A stretch of 64,000 bases of DNA from Deltaproteobacteria bacterium (GTDB taxonomy: Bacteria > Myxococcota_A > Polyangia > Polyangiales > Houyiibacteriaceae). The translations under genes and the position numbers were made by a program. A model generated the notes under the pieces. The model did not search any database and was not told the DNA's origin. It saw only the letters and a program-made list of their open reading frames with translations. The number at the start of each line of letters is the position of its first letter. The first letter of the stretch is position 1. Shown here piece by piece: positions 21,466 through 30,511 of this stretch. Location: assembly GCA_034670305.1 (NCBI GenBank), contig JAXMNT010000005.1, positions 192,415-256,414 of the forward strand, written 5' to 3'.

Positions 21466-21583
21466 CTCGCGGCGCGGAGCCCGGCGCAATTCGGAGCGCC
21501 ACCCGTCCTGAAGACGTGCGACGCACGGCGTGCGCGGCCGCCGCCGCCTCGACGGAAGGGGCGTCGGATCATATGAACGGTTC

Positions 21584-22408
21584 ATGGGAACGTTCAGTGG
21601 GAAAGTCTGCGCCGTCACCGGCGCCTCCTCCGGCATCGGTCGCGCGCTCGCCAACGAGTTCGCCAAACGGGGCGCCGATGTGTCGATCTGCGACGTCGAC
21701 GAAGCGGGGTTGGCGGAGACGAAACGCCAGGTCGAAGCGCGCGGCAAGAAGTGCACGAGCGCGGTCTTCGACGTCAGCAAACGCGACGCGGTCGAGGGCT
21801 GGGCGAAGGACACGCTCGACGCGCACGGTCAGTGCGACGCGATCGTCAACAACGCGGGCGTCACGGTGTCCGACACGATCGCCGACATCTCCTACGACGA
21901 CTTCGAGTGGATCGTCGGCATCAACTTCTGGGGCGTGGTGTACGGCACCAAAGCGTTCCTCCCGCACTTCATCGAACGCGACACCGGGTTCGTCGTGAAC
22001 ATCTCGAGCGTGTTCGGCATGATCGGCTTCCCGACCCAGGGCTCCTACAACGCGACCAAGTTCGCGGTGCGCGGCATGACCGAAGCGCTCCGCTGGGAAC
22101 TCGAGAGCAGCAACGTCACCGTGTGTTCGGTGCACCCGGGCGGCATCAAGACGAACATCGTGCGCAACGCCCGACTGCGCCAAGGGCCGGACAAGGGCGT
22201 CGACGCGGCGCAGATGATCGCGAGCTTCGACAAGATGGCCCGCACCACGCCGGAGAAGGCCGCCAACGTGATCATCGACGGCATGGAGAAACGCGAACCC
22301 CGCATTCTCATCGGCGCCGACGCACACATGATCGACACCATCCAGCGCCTCGCGCCTCGCAAGTACGGCACCTGGATGAAGAAGCTCAGCGACCGCCTCG
22401 AGCGCTAG
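21584..22408 (+). CDS. Short-chain dehydrogenase/reductase
   Basis: TGASSGIG, NNAG, YNATK (YxxxK), HPGGIKT. Confidence 0.92.
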   Translation: MGTFSGKVCAVTGASSGIGRALANEFAKRGADVSICDVDEAGLAETKRQVEARGKKCTSAVFDVSKRDAVEGWAKDTLDAHGQCDAIVNNAGVTVSDTIADISYDDFEWIVGINFWGVVYGTKAFLPHFIERDTGFVVNISSVFGMIGFPTQGSYNATKFAVRGMTEALRWELESSNVTVCSVHPGGIKTNIVRNARLRQGPDKGVDAAQMIASFDKMARTTPEKAANVIIDGMEKREPRILIGADAHMIDTIQRLAPRKYGTWMKKLSDRLER

Positions 22409-22469
22409 CTCGGTCACTGGTCTTCGTCGGAGACTCGGGCGCAGCCGCGGGTCGGAGAACTCGGCGAAG

Positions 22470-23210
22470 TCAGTCGGCGAACTTGGCGAGGGCCAGGCGG
22501 GCTCGGCGGAGTTCTTCGCGGAGGGTGAGCCGTTTGGGTTCGTCGATGTCGGCGTTGCGGCGGAGGAACGCTTGCAAGTGCACCGTGGCGGCGGGGCCGT
22601 CTTCGAGGTGCACGGCGATCATGCCGAGGACGTACTGGCCGTAGCCTTGGCCGCATGGCGCGGCCGCCAACGCTTGTCGGGTGGCGGTCAGTTTGCGCAC
22701 CGGCTGTCCGGCTTCGAGGCGGAGCAACGCGGCGTGGGCTTTGAGGAGCGGGCGGTCTTTGTGCGAGTACCGCAGGCCACGGGTGATCGTCGACAGGGCG
22801 CCCTCCAGGTCGCCGGCGAATTGGAGCAGGGTCGCCAAACTCCAGAGCTGGAAGCTCTTGCGGTTCGGTGGCGCGTGGCGGGCACTCATGCGCTGCGCTT
22901 CGATCGCTTCGGGCATGCGGCCGAGCGCGGCGAGCGCGCGGGATCGATCGTGATGCGCGATGTCTCGGTACGGGCCGACCGCGGCCATCGCTTCGGCGGT
23001 GGCGACCGCCATGCCCAGCTGGTGCAGTTCGACGTGCGCCAGGTACGCCTGGCGCAGGAGCAAGAGCTCGGTGTCGGGGGCCAGCTCATCCGGCGGGGCA
23101 TCCAATCCATCGCGGGCGTGGTCGAGCCGTTGCTCCGGATCGGTCGCGCCCAACGCGAGTCGCAGGTGCTCTTCGGGGGTCTGTCGGGCGAGTTGGCTGG
23201 CGGAGGTCAC
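22470..23210 (-). CDS. TPR-like helical repeat protein
   Basis: Ala/Leu-rich helical repeats (RALAALGRMPEAIEA, LQFAGDLEGAL). GTG start at 23210 chosen because the region upstream is AT-richer and looks non-coding. Confidence 0.65.
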   Translation of the reverse strand: MTSASQLARQTPEEHLRLALGATDPEQRLDHARDGLDAPPDELAPDTELLLLRQAYLAHVELHQLGMAVATAEAMAAVGPYRDIAHHDRSRALAALGRMPEAIEAQRMSARHAPPNRKSFQLWSLATLLQFAGDLEGALSTITRGLRYSHKDRPLLKAHAALLRLEAGQPVRKLTATRQALAAAPCGQGYGQYVLGMIAVHLEDGPAATVHLQAFLRRNADIDEPKRLTLREELRRARLALAKFAD

Positions 23211-23217
23211 GAGAAAC

Positions 23218-23348
23218 CTATCCACAAAGTTAGCACCTAGCTGGAATCTGTCGATCCCTGAACAAACCCGGGCGGTTAGAGCCCTTTGTCCACAATCCGA
23301 CCCCAACGTTTTGACAGTGGTGGCCACCCTGTCCCAGATCGTGGACAT
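23218..23348. promoter_or_regulatory. AT-richer region with DnaA-box-like 9-mers and a TTGACA hexamer
   Basis: ctatccaca (23218-23226), ttgtccaca (23286-23294), inverted atgtccacg (23340-23348), TTGACA at 23311-23316. Confidence 0.35.
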
Positions 23349-23505
23349 GGCAAGGCGGCCCGTCGTCGCGACCCCGAAGCGGGCTTCTCGGCGCGGGCCG
23401 AGTCGATCTTGACAAGCCCGCTGGGAAGGCCGCCGCACAGAAGCACCGGCTGCTGAAGCACCCCGCCGCCGCAGTCGCACCGGCTGAAGCACCCGCCGCG
23501 CAACC

Positions 23506-23541
23506 AAGGGCAAGGGCAGGGGCAAGGGCAGGGGCAAGGGA
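23506..23541. repeat. (AAGGGC)n hexamer tract
   Basis: aagggcaagggcaggggcaagggcaggggcaagggg just beyond the patatin stop codon. Confidence 0.85.
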
Positions 23542-23556
23542 GCCGGCCTTGGCCGG

Positions 23557-24738
23557 CTAGGCGGGGTCGAACAAGAAGGACTCGATCTCGTCTCGACGCG
23601 CGTGGGCGTCGGCTCGGCCGAGTGCGATGAGCTCGCGGGCGAAGGTGCCGTCGAAGAGGAGGTAGCTCGCGAGATCCGCGTCGCTGCCTTCGCCCACGTC
23701 CAGCATCCGAAGAAGCTGTCGGCCGAGCACCGCTCGGAATCGCGAGCGATACCGTTTGAGGTGAGCAGACGCGATACGTCCGAGGTCGACCGAGGGCCGA
23801 ATCGCGAGCGCCTTCACGAGGCGTCGCTCCGGCTGGTTGTTTCGGCTGCGGACCGCGTTGACCCGCTCGAGGTAGTCCGGACCGAACGCGTCGATCCCAT
23901 CTTGGATCATGGAGTTGATCTGGTGCAGCTCCGCCAGGTCCGCGTTGAGGTGGTCGAGCAAGAAGGCGTTGACCACCTTGCCGAGCAGGAACGACGCGCC
24001 CGGGTACGCATCTCGGTCGGCGTGCCCCTCCTCGGGTTCGACCGCTGGCGGATCGCTCACGCCGATCACGAACAATCGATCGGAGCCGAGGTGGATCGCC
24101 GGCGCCATGGGCGTGTTGAGCCGGAGCCCACCGTCGCAGTGCAGCTGCTGTCCGATCCGCACCGGAGGGAAGACGAGCGGGATCGCGGCGCTCGCGAGCA
24201 CATGGGCCGGTCCGATGCGCGCTGCCCGGACGGCGACGTTGCGGCCGAGCAGTCCGTGCATGCGCTGCAGCAGATCGGTGGGCGCCGGCCGCGCGTCGAC
24301 GAACACCACCGGTCGGCCCGTGGAGACCGAGGTCGTGGCGATGACGAGCGCCTTCAGGCTCGTCGAGGGTTCGCGGAGGTTGCGGGCGAGCTGCCGCCAC
24401 AACACTCCGTCGCCGACAAGCCGCACGAGCGGCGTCGCGTCGAAGATCCCGGTGGCGCGTCTCCCCCCGAGCAGCACACGGCGCAGTCCGGCGGCCTGGG
24501 CGAAGCCAAAGCTGATCACGTCGGTCAGCTGCAGTGCGGACCAGAGCGCCTCGAGCCGGACCAGACCTTTGGGGAGGTCGTCGACAGCCGAAGCCAGGTA
24601 CGCGCCGTTGACCGCGCCGACGCTGGTCCCGGAGACGACCGAGATCGGAACCGGGCGGCCTTTGGCCAGGTCGGAGAACACGTAGCTGAGCACGCCGACT
24701 TCGTACGCACCCCGCGACCCACCCCCCGAGAGCACCAC
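23557..24738 (-). CDS. Patatin-like phospholipase
   Basis: LSGGGSRG oxyanion motif, GTSVG nucleophile, ASAAIP, DGG. Confidence 0.92.
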   Translation of the reverse strand: MVLSGGGSRGAYEVGVLSYVFSDLAKGRPVPISVVSGTSVGAVNGAYLASAVDDLPKGLVRLEALWSALQLTDVISFGFAQAAGLRRVLLGGRRATGIFDATPLVRLVGDGVLWRQLARNLREPSTSLKALVIATTSVSTGRPVVFVDARPAPTDLLQRMHGLLGRNVAVRAARIGPAHVLASAAIPLVFPPVRIGQQLHCDGGLRLNTPMAPAIHLGSDRLFVIGVSDPPAVEPEEGHADRDAYPGASFLLGKVVNAFLLDHLNADLAELHQINSMIQDGIDAFGPDYLERVNAVRSRNNQPERRLVKALAIRPSVDLGRIASAHLKRYRSRFRAVLGRQLLRMLDVGEGSDADLASYLLFDGTFARELIALGRADAHARRDEIESFLFDPA

Positions 24739-24755
24739 TCCGATGTCGGGCGGAT

Positions 24756-27700
24756 TCAGGCTTCGCTCCGGATGGCCTGTGCTTCGCGGCTCTCGAGGTA
24801 CTTGCGCCGCATCGAAGACGAGCGGATGAGCGCCGCTTTGCTGTCGAGCACGTGGCGCGCTTTGGCGAGCAACGCGCGAGACTCATCGAGGGCGCCAGCC
24901 GCAGCGAAGGCCCGGGCGAGCGTCAGGTACACCTTCTCGATGCGCTCGACGTGCACACCATCGAAGCGTCCTTCGGCATTGCGCGCGACCTCGAGCGCGT
25001 CCGCGGAGCCGAGCGCGGCGAGCGCGGCCGCGAGTTCGCAGAGCGCGGTGACCTCGTAGCTGACGAGCCCGTCTGCGCGCGCGGCTTCGAGGGCGCGGCG
25101 GGCGGCGCTCTCGGCGCGTCCATGGTGTCCTTGCGCGCGCTCCAGTCGGGTCCGCACGAGGCGCTCGCGCGCGATCTCGTAGTTGCTCGCGAGCCGCTCG
25201 GCGATGCGTTTGGCTTGGTCGAGCGCCATGGTGATCGCCTGCTCGTCCGCACCGGAGTCGAGCATCATCTCCGCGACCGCCGCGAGTGCGTCGCAGCGAC
25301 CGGCGCGGTCGTCGACGGCTTCGAACACATCGAGCGCGCGCTTCACGAACGCGAGGCCGCGCTTGGTGTCTCCGAGCGCGTCGTAGAGCTGCCCGACGTT
25401 GGAGAGTTTGCGTCCGAGCCGCAGCCGGTCGCCGGTCTCGCGATCGATGTGGATCGACGCACGCGTGACGATGATGGCGTCCTCGTACGCGCCGGAGGCG
25501 GCGAGCGCGACGCCGAGCGAGTTGAGCGCAAACGCTTCGCCGGGGCGGATGCCGAGCCGGCGAAAGATCACGATCGCTTCCGCGTACGCTTCGAAGGCGG
25601 CGTCGCTGTGACCCATCCGGCGATGCAGGATCCCCTTCTGCACCAGGATGGAGGCGCGCGGCGAGAGCAGCTCCGGATCGGTGCCGGCACGTTCGAGGGC
25701 TTGGTCGCACGCTTCGAGCGCGCGCTGAGGTTCGCCTCGGTTGCGGGCCATCTCGGCTTCGAGGCGCAGCGCGTCGAGCTCGAGTTTCACGTCGCCGGCG
25801 AGGCGCGCGGCCTCGAGCGCCTGCGGCAAGAGATCGTCGACTTCGCCGATGCGGGCGTTGTCGAGATCGAAGCGGGCGAACCGAAGCAGCGCGATCGCAC
25901 GACGGCGCGCACCCCCACCCCGCGCGGCGAGGCTGCGCATCGCTTCCAGTTCGCGGAGTTGTTCGTGCGGGCGGCCGAGGTGGCGCAGGATCTGTTCGCG
26001 GCCTTCGTGCACTCGAAACCGGCGGTCCTGATCTTCGGGCGGCAGGAGGATCAGTGCTTTGCCGAAGAAGCGGAGCGCTTCTCGGTTGGAGTACACCGCG
26101 AGCGCGGCCAGCGCGGCGTCCAGGTACGACTCGGCGGCCAAGTCGCGTTCGCCCGCTTGTTCGAGGTGCCGCGCGATGCGGCCCGGGCTCGACGACGGAG
26201 ACTGCGAGAGGTGCTGCGCGATGCGCCGGTGCATGTTCACGCGGTCTTCGAGATCGGTCGCTTCGTAGGCGACCTGCCGCACCACCGCGTTCGGGAAACT
26301 GTAGGCACCGCTCGAAGACACTTCGAGCAGGTTGCGATCGACCAGCCCCGAGAGGCCGGGCCCAAGATCCGCGCCCGCCAACCGGCGCAGATCCTCGCTG
26401 GTCATGCCGCTGCCGGCCGCGGCGAGCCAACGCAGGGCGACCCGCTCGGCCTCGGAGAGTTCGTCGAGCCGCGCCGCGATCACGCCTTCGAGCGTGGTCG
26501 GCAGCTGGATCGGCACGCCGGCTTTGCGGTGCACCCGTCCGTCGTCGATGCGGACCACGTCGCGTTCGAAGAGCGCGTCGACGAGCTCGATCAGGAAGAA
26601 GGGGTTGCCGCCCGCCCGGGCGGAGATCGAGTTGAGCACCTCTTCGGCGACCTCGACCGTGGTGCGTCCTCCAAGCGTGGCGAAGCGGGCGGAGACCAGC
26701 GCCTCGCGGTCTTCGGGCCCGAGCTCGTCGAGTTCGATCCGCGGGATGCCGCGGAACACCGGCTCGAGGTGTTCGACCGGCCGGGTGCTCATCAGCACCA
26801 GACACGGCACCTCGTACGCGCGCTGCCGCATGCTGCTGAGGAGCTCGAGCGACGGTGCGTCGGCCCACTGCAGTCCATCGATCCAGACCGTGACCGGCGA
26901 GGTCTTGGCCAGGGTTCGCACGAGCAACTCCATCGCGCGGCGGATGGCCACGCTGCGGTCGCCCTCGTCGTCTTGGCCGCCGGCCGGCGTGACATCGAAG
27001 AGGCGGTGCAGGACCTGCACGATGCCCGCCGCGTGGTCACCGACCGCGCCGCGCAGCTTGCTTTCGAGCTTCTCGACGATCTCCGGACCCGGGTCCTGCT
27101 CGGTCGCGTCGACGCCCATGCGCAGCAGCTGCTTGACCGCGTAGTAGGGCACGTCCGCCGAGCCGTAGGCGCACTCGCAACGCAGCACCCGGGCGGCCGG
27201 ATCAAACGCTTCGATCGCGGCTCGGATCAGCGCCGTCTTGCCGACGCCGAGATCCCCGACGACCGCCGCGAACTGGGTTCGGCTCGAGTCGACGACGTCG
27301 CCCCAGAGCCCGCGCAACGTGTCGACCTCGTCTCGGCGGCCGACCAGATCGGGCGCCGCTTCGCCAAAGTCCGCTTCCCGTTCTTCTTGGGTGCGCGCGC
27401 TGCGCAGGAGCCACGCCTTGAGTTCTTGCGCGGTGGAGGTCGCCTGGGTGGAGACATCGATGGTCCGCACTTCTTCGTCGAACGCGAAGTCGCGCCGCAC
27501 CAGCCGGTAGACGTCGCCCGCGACCAGGATCTCTTCGGCGGACGCGACGATGGAGAGCCGTTCGGCGACGTCGAGCACGTTGCCGACCGGTGCGTACCGA
27601 AGCAGCCGTCCGTCGTGGTCGCGCACCGTCGAGACCATGCCGCGGCTCATCCCGATCGACGCCCGCACTGGGGCCAGGCTGTCGGCGGCCAGCCCGTCGA

Positions 27701-28961
27701 GCGCGTCGAGCAGGTCCGTCGCGATGCGGGTCGCGCGGAGGGGATCGCTCACCGAGGACTTGCCGAGTCCGACGATGTACCGGAACCGGCCCGTGCCTTT
27801 GCCGTCCGGCCAAGAGAGGACCGCGTCCGCTTTGAAGCCGATCTCCTCGAGCACCTTCTGGCCCGTGCTGTCCATGCGCGCGGTGCCCTCGTCGTCGTCG
27901 GTGTCGCTCCGAACGCGGCCAGCCACGATCACCACGCGGCGTCGTTCCCGAACCTCTTTCGACGACACCCCGCTGAAGACCGTCGCGCCGCCGGTGAAGG
28001 TCTGGATGGCGCGCTGCTTCGCCTCGGGGCTCGTGTTCTGTCGCGGCGCGACTTCTCGAATGAACCCTTCGAGCGACTCCGAGTCCCAGACCTGTTCTTC
28101 GAGATGGAGGAACTGGGTGAGCGCGCCGCTGAGCACGCGGCTCGTGTTGTAGCGGTCGTCGCGGTTCTGCGAGAGCGCGCGTTTCACGATGCGCTCGAGC
28201 TCGCGTGGCACGTCGGGATCCACCGAACGCGGCAGGGTCACGTCGCCGTCGCGCACCTTGTCGAGCACGTCGAGCCCATGCTGGCCGGGGTACATGCTCC
28301 GGTTCATCAGCAGCTCGGCGAGCAAGATGCCGAGCGAGTACACGTCGCTGCGCCGGTCGACCTTCTCGCCGCGCGCTTGCTCGGGGGACATGTAGGCGAA
28401 CTTGCCTTTGATGACCCCGGTCTCTTCCGAGACCATCTTGGCCTTCGCGATGCCGAAGTCCGCGACCTTCACGATGCCCTCGTAGGTGAGCAGCACGTTC
28501 TGCGGGCTCACGTCGCGGTGTACGATCTCCATCTCGACGCCCGACGCGTCTTTGCGGCGGTGGGCGTAGTCGAGGCCGCGGGCGACCTCCTGCACGATGT
28601 ACGCGCACAGCCCGTGCGGGATGCGTTTGCCGGCCCGGCGGGCGGCACCCACGAGGCGGCCGAGGTCGAGTCCATCGACGAACTCCATCGCGAGCAGGAA
28701 CTCGCGTTTCACCTGCTCGAATGCGTAGACCTGAACGATGTTCGGGTGGTTGAGCCGCATCGCGACTTTGGCCTCGTCGATGAACATCGAGATGAACTTC
28801 GCGGAACGCGCGAAGCTCGGCAGCACGCGTTTGACCACGAGCACCTTCTCGATGCCCTCAGCGCCTTTGGACTTCGCGAGGAAGACTTCGGCCATCCCGC
28901 CCGCCCCGAGTCGTCGGATGACTTCGTAGCGCCCGAGGTGCGTCGGCAGATCGCCCGCCAT
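24756..28961 (-). CDS. Ser/Thr kinase - degenerate cyclase-like - AAA/STAND ATPase - TPR protein
   Basis: Intact kinase motifs (LGAGGMAEV, VVK, HRDVSPQN, ADFG, YMSPE). Cyclase-like segment (RERRRVVIV...IGMSRG...GNVLDVAERL). Walker A GDLGVGKT, Walker B WIDGLQWAD, GNPFFL, many TPRs. Confidence 0.9.
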   Translation of the reverse strand: MAGDLPTHLGRYEVIRRLGAGGMAEVFLAKSKGAEGIEKVLVVKRVLPSFARSAKFISMFIDEAKVAMRLNHPNIVQVYAFEQVKREFLLAMEFVDGLDLGRLVGAARRAGKRIPHGLCAYIVQEVARGLDYAHRRKDASGVEMEIVHRDVSPQNVLLTYEGIVKVADFGIAKAKMVSEETGVIKGKFAYMSPEQARGEKVDRRSDVYSLGILLAELLMNRSMYPGQHGLDVLDKVRDGDVTLPRSVDPDVPRELERIVKRALSQNRDDRYNTSRVLSGALTQFLHLEEQVWDSESLEGFIREVAPRQNTSPEAKQRAIQTFTGGATVFSGVSSKEVRERRRVVIVAGRVRSDTDDDEGTARMDSTGQKVLEEIGFKADAVLSWPDGKGTGRFRYIVGLGKSSVSDPLRATRIATDLLDALDGLAADSLAPVRASIGMSRGMVSTVRDHDGRLLRYAPVGNVLDVAERLSIVASAEEILVAGDVYRLVRRDFAFDEEVRTIDVSTQATSTAQELKAWLLRSARTQEEREADFGEAAPDLVGRRDEVDTLRGLWGDVVDSSRTQFAAVVGDLGVGKTALIRAAIEAFDPAARVLRCECAYGSADVPYYAVKQLLRMGVDATEQDPGPEIVEKLESKLRGAVGDHAAGIVQVLHRLFDVTPAGGQDDEGDRSVAIRRAMELLVRTLAKTSPVTVWIDGLQWADAPSLELLSSMRQRAYEVPCLVLMSTRPVEHLEPVFRGIPRIELDELGPEDREALVSARFATLGGRTTVEVAEEVLNSISARAGGNPFFLIELVDALFERDVVRIDDGRVHRKAGVPIQLPTTLEGVIAARLDELSEAERVALRWLAAAGSGMTSEDLRRLAGADLGPGLSGLVDRNLLEVSSSGAYSFPNAVVRQVAYEATDLEDRVNMHRRIAQHLSQSPSSSPGRIARHLEQAGERDLAAESYLDAALAALAVYSNREALRFFGKALILLPPEDQDRRFRVHEGREQILRHLGRPHEQLRELEAMRSLAARGGGARRRAIALLRFARFDLDNARIGEVDDLLPQALEAARLAGDVKLELDALRLEAEMARNRGEPQRALEACDQALERAGTDPELLSPRASILVQKGILHRRMGHSDAAFEAYAEAIVIFRRLGIRPGEAFALNSLGVALAASGAYEDAIIVTRASIHIDRETGDRLRLGRKLSNVGQLYDALGDTKRGLAFVKRALDVFEAVDDRAGRCDALAAVAEMMLDSGADEQAITMALDQAKRIAERLASNYEIARERLVRTRLERAQGHHGRAESAARRALEAARADGLVSYEVTALCELAAALAALGSADALEVARNAEGRFDGVHVERIEKVYLTLARAFAAAGALDESRALLAKARHVLDSKAALIRSSSMRRKYLESREAQAIRSEA

Positions 28962-29062
28962 TCGCCGCGAAGCCTAACAGCTTCGTTGCAGGAACGTCGC
29001 GTAATCGGTGTGGGCGCCATCAAAGGCTGGCGGGCGCGGAGACGGCCTCTGCGGCGCCAAGC

Positions 29063-29983
29063 TCACTCTTCTTCGGGGTCGGCGCCGGGGGCCGTCGGGG
29101 CCGGGGCGGACATGAGCCGCTGGGTGGCGAAGTGGCGGTCGTGGACCCAGCATCCGGCGAGCAACACCGCCATGCCGAGGATGCCGGCGACCCCATAGAA
29201 CGGGCGCTGCCAGTCCTCCGCGCCCCAGGCCAGATCTGCCGCCGCCATCGTCAGCGCGAGCAACGTGCCGCGGAAGGCCGCGACCGCGAGCACCGAGTCC
29301 GCCCGCACCCGGAGGTAGACCAGCACCGGCGAGGCGACGAGACACCAGACGACGACGCAGACCGCGCCCTCGAGCCGGTGGTCGGGGAAGTGCACCCCGA
29401 GGAGCACGATCGGGACGAACCACACCGCTTCGAAGAGGCCGATGCCCAAAGACCGCATCCAGAAGCCGCCGGGCATCTCGCGGAAGAGCAGCCCGCGCCA
29501 ACCGATCTCGGTCGCGAGCGCGACCAAGAGGTTGAGCGTGATGCCGGCGGGCAGCGCTTGGGCGACCAGCCAGAGCGGATGGGGCGGCGCGTTCTGCGAG
29601 AGGTGCGCGTCGAAGGCGGCAAGATCCGCTTCGGGCACGAGCGTGCGCTTGTTGGCGACGAAGGTGTGGGGGTCGAGCACTGGCTCCACCCCGAAGAGGA
29701 TCCAGACCGCGAGCAGGCCGACGGCGAGCACCGCGACCGGACCGAGCCACCCCGCGAGCCACCAGCGGTTGAGCCCCACCTTCAACCCGAGCGGGGCCAG
29801 GATCGGTTGACGCAAGAGCGGCCCCTGCACGACCAGGGTGGCCAGCATCACCGGCATCATGTGCACGATGGTCAGCGCCCGGGCCATCGGGGTGGACCAG
29901 GCGTCGTGGAACCCAAACGCGATGGCCGCACTGCCGCCAAGGGCGAGCAGCGCGAAGATCGCAAGCAGCCGAGTACGCGTCAC
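29063..29983 (-). CDS. CPBP (CAAX protease/Abi) family membrane protein with degenerate motifs
   Basis: ALATEIGWRGLL matches the EExxxR motif with the first E replaced by T. WFVP in place of WHxP. No His in the last motif (AAFRGTL). Confidence 0.7.
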   Translation of the reverse strand: MTRTRLLAIFALLALGGSAAIAFGFHDAWSTPMARALTIVHMMPVMLATLVVQGPLLRQPILAPLGLKVGLNRWWLAGWLGPVAVLAVGLLAVWILFGVEPVLDPHTFVANKRTLVPEADLAAFDAHLSQNAPPHPLWLVAQALPAGITLNLLVALATEIGWRGLLFREMPGGFWMRSLGIGLFEAVWFVPIVLLGVHFPDHRLEGAVCVVVWCLVASPVLVYLRVRADSVLAVAAFRGTLLALTMAAADLAWGAEDWQRPFYGVAGILGMAVLLAGCWVHDRHFATQRLMSAPAPTAPGADPEEE

Positions 29984-30002
29984 CGAGCCCAGATAGCAGG
30001 AA

Positions 30003-30128
30003 GCCCTCAGCGAAGCTCCCTTGCCCTTGCCCCTGCCCTCGCCCCTGCCCTCAGCGAAGCTCCCTTGCCCTTGCCCCTGCCCTCAGCGAAGCTCCCTTGC
30101 CCTTGCCCCTGCCCTTGCCCCTGCCCTC
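30003..30128. repeat. Tandem ccctcagcgaagct + (GCCCTT/GCCCCT)n units
   Basis: Three copies of ccctcagcgaagctcccttgcccttgcccctg... Confidence 0.85.
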
Positions 30129-30129
30129 T

Positions 30130-30187
30130 AGTGGGTCCGAACCAAGGACATCGGTGACACTTTGGACCGGGGACATGGGTGACACGC
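30130..30187. mobile_element. Orphan IS481-like terminal sequence (no transposase)
   Basis: Two spaced direct repeats, ggacatcggtgaca and ggacatgggtgaca. Reverse strand reads tgtcacccatgtccccggtccaaagtgtcaccgatgtcc, resembling IS481-family ends as I recall them. Confidence 0.55.
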
Positions 30188-30235
30188 TTCGGTCGAGCTC
30201 AGCCTATCTCTGCCGACCCGACGCCGACGCGGAGC

Positions 30236-30340
30236 AGAAGCCGACGCCGACGCCGAAGCCCGAAGCCGAAGCCGAAGCCGAAGCCGAAGCCGAAGCCGAA
30301 GCCGACGCCGACGCCGAAGCCGAAGCCGAAGCCGAGCCGA
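30236..30340. repeat. (GAAGCC/GACGCC)n hexamer tract
   Basis: Direct reading. Confidence 0.9.
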
Positions 30341-30471
30341 GGGCCCCGACGCCGAAGCCGCAGCCGACGCCGTTTGGGGGCTGTGTGCCACCTCCCGAAA
30401 GGCCGTGCCATTTGGCTCCACTTGGCGCACGTGTCGCGTGTGCTATCGCCAAAAAGTCAATGATTTCGTCG

Positions 30472-30487
30472 TGGCACGTGATCTGCT
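30472..30487 (+). promoter_or_regulatory. Sigma-54 (-24/-12) promoter
   Basis: TGGCACG-TGAT-CTGCT versus consensus TGGCACG-N4-TTGCW, 24 nt before the ATG at 30512. Preceded by an IHF-site-like AT tract (aaaaagtcaatgattt, ~30451-30466). Confidence 0.7.
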
Positions 30488-30511
30488 CTGTGGTCCCTCC
30501 GGAATCAGGAG

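Noticed and set aside
23211-23350. Replication origin
   Set aside because: Only two or three imperfect boxes, no long AT-rich unwinding element and no dnaA/dnaN/gidA context.
24852-29198. 1448-aa plus-strand ORF
   Set aside because: Antisense shadow of the kinase-STAND-TPR gene.
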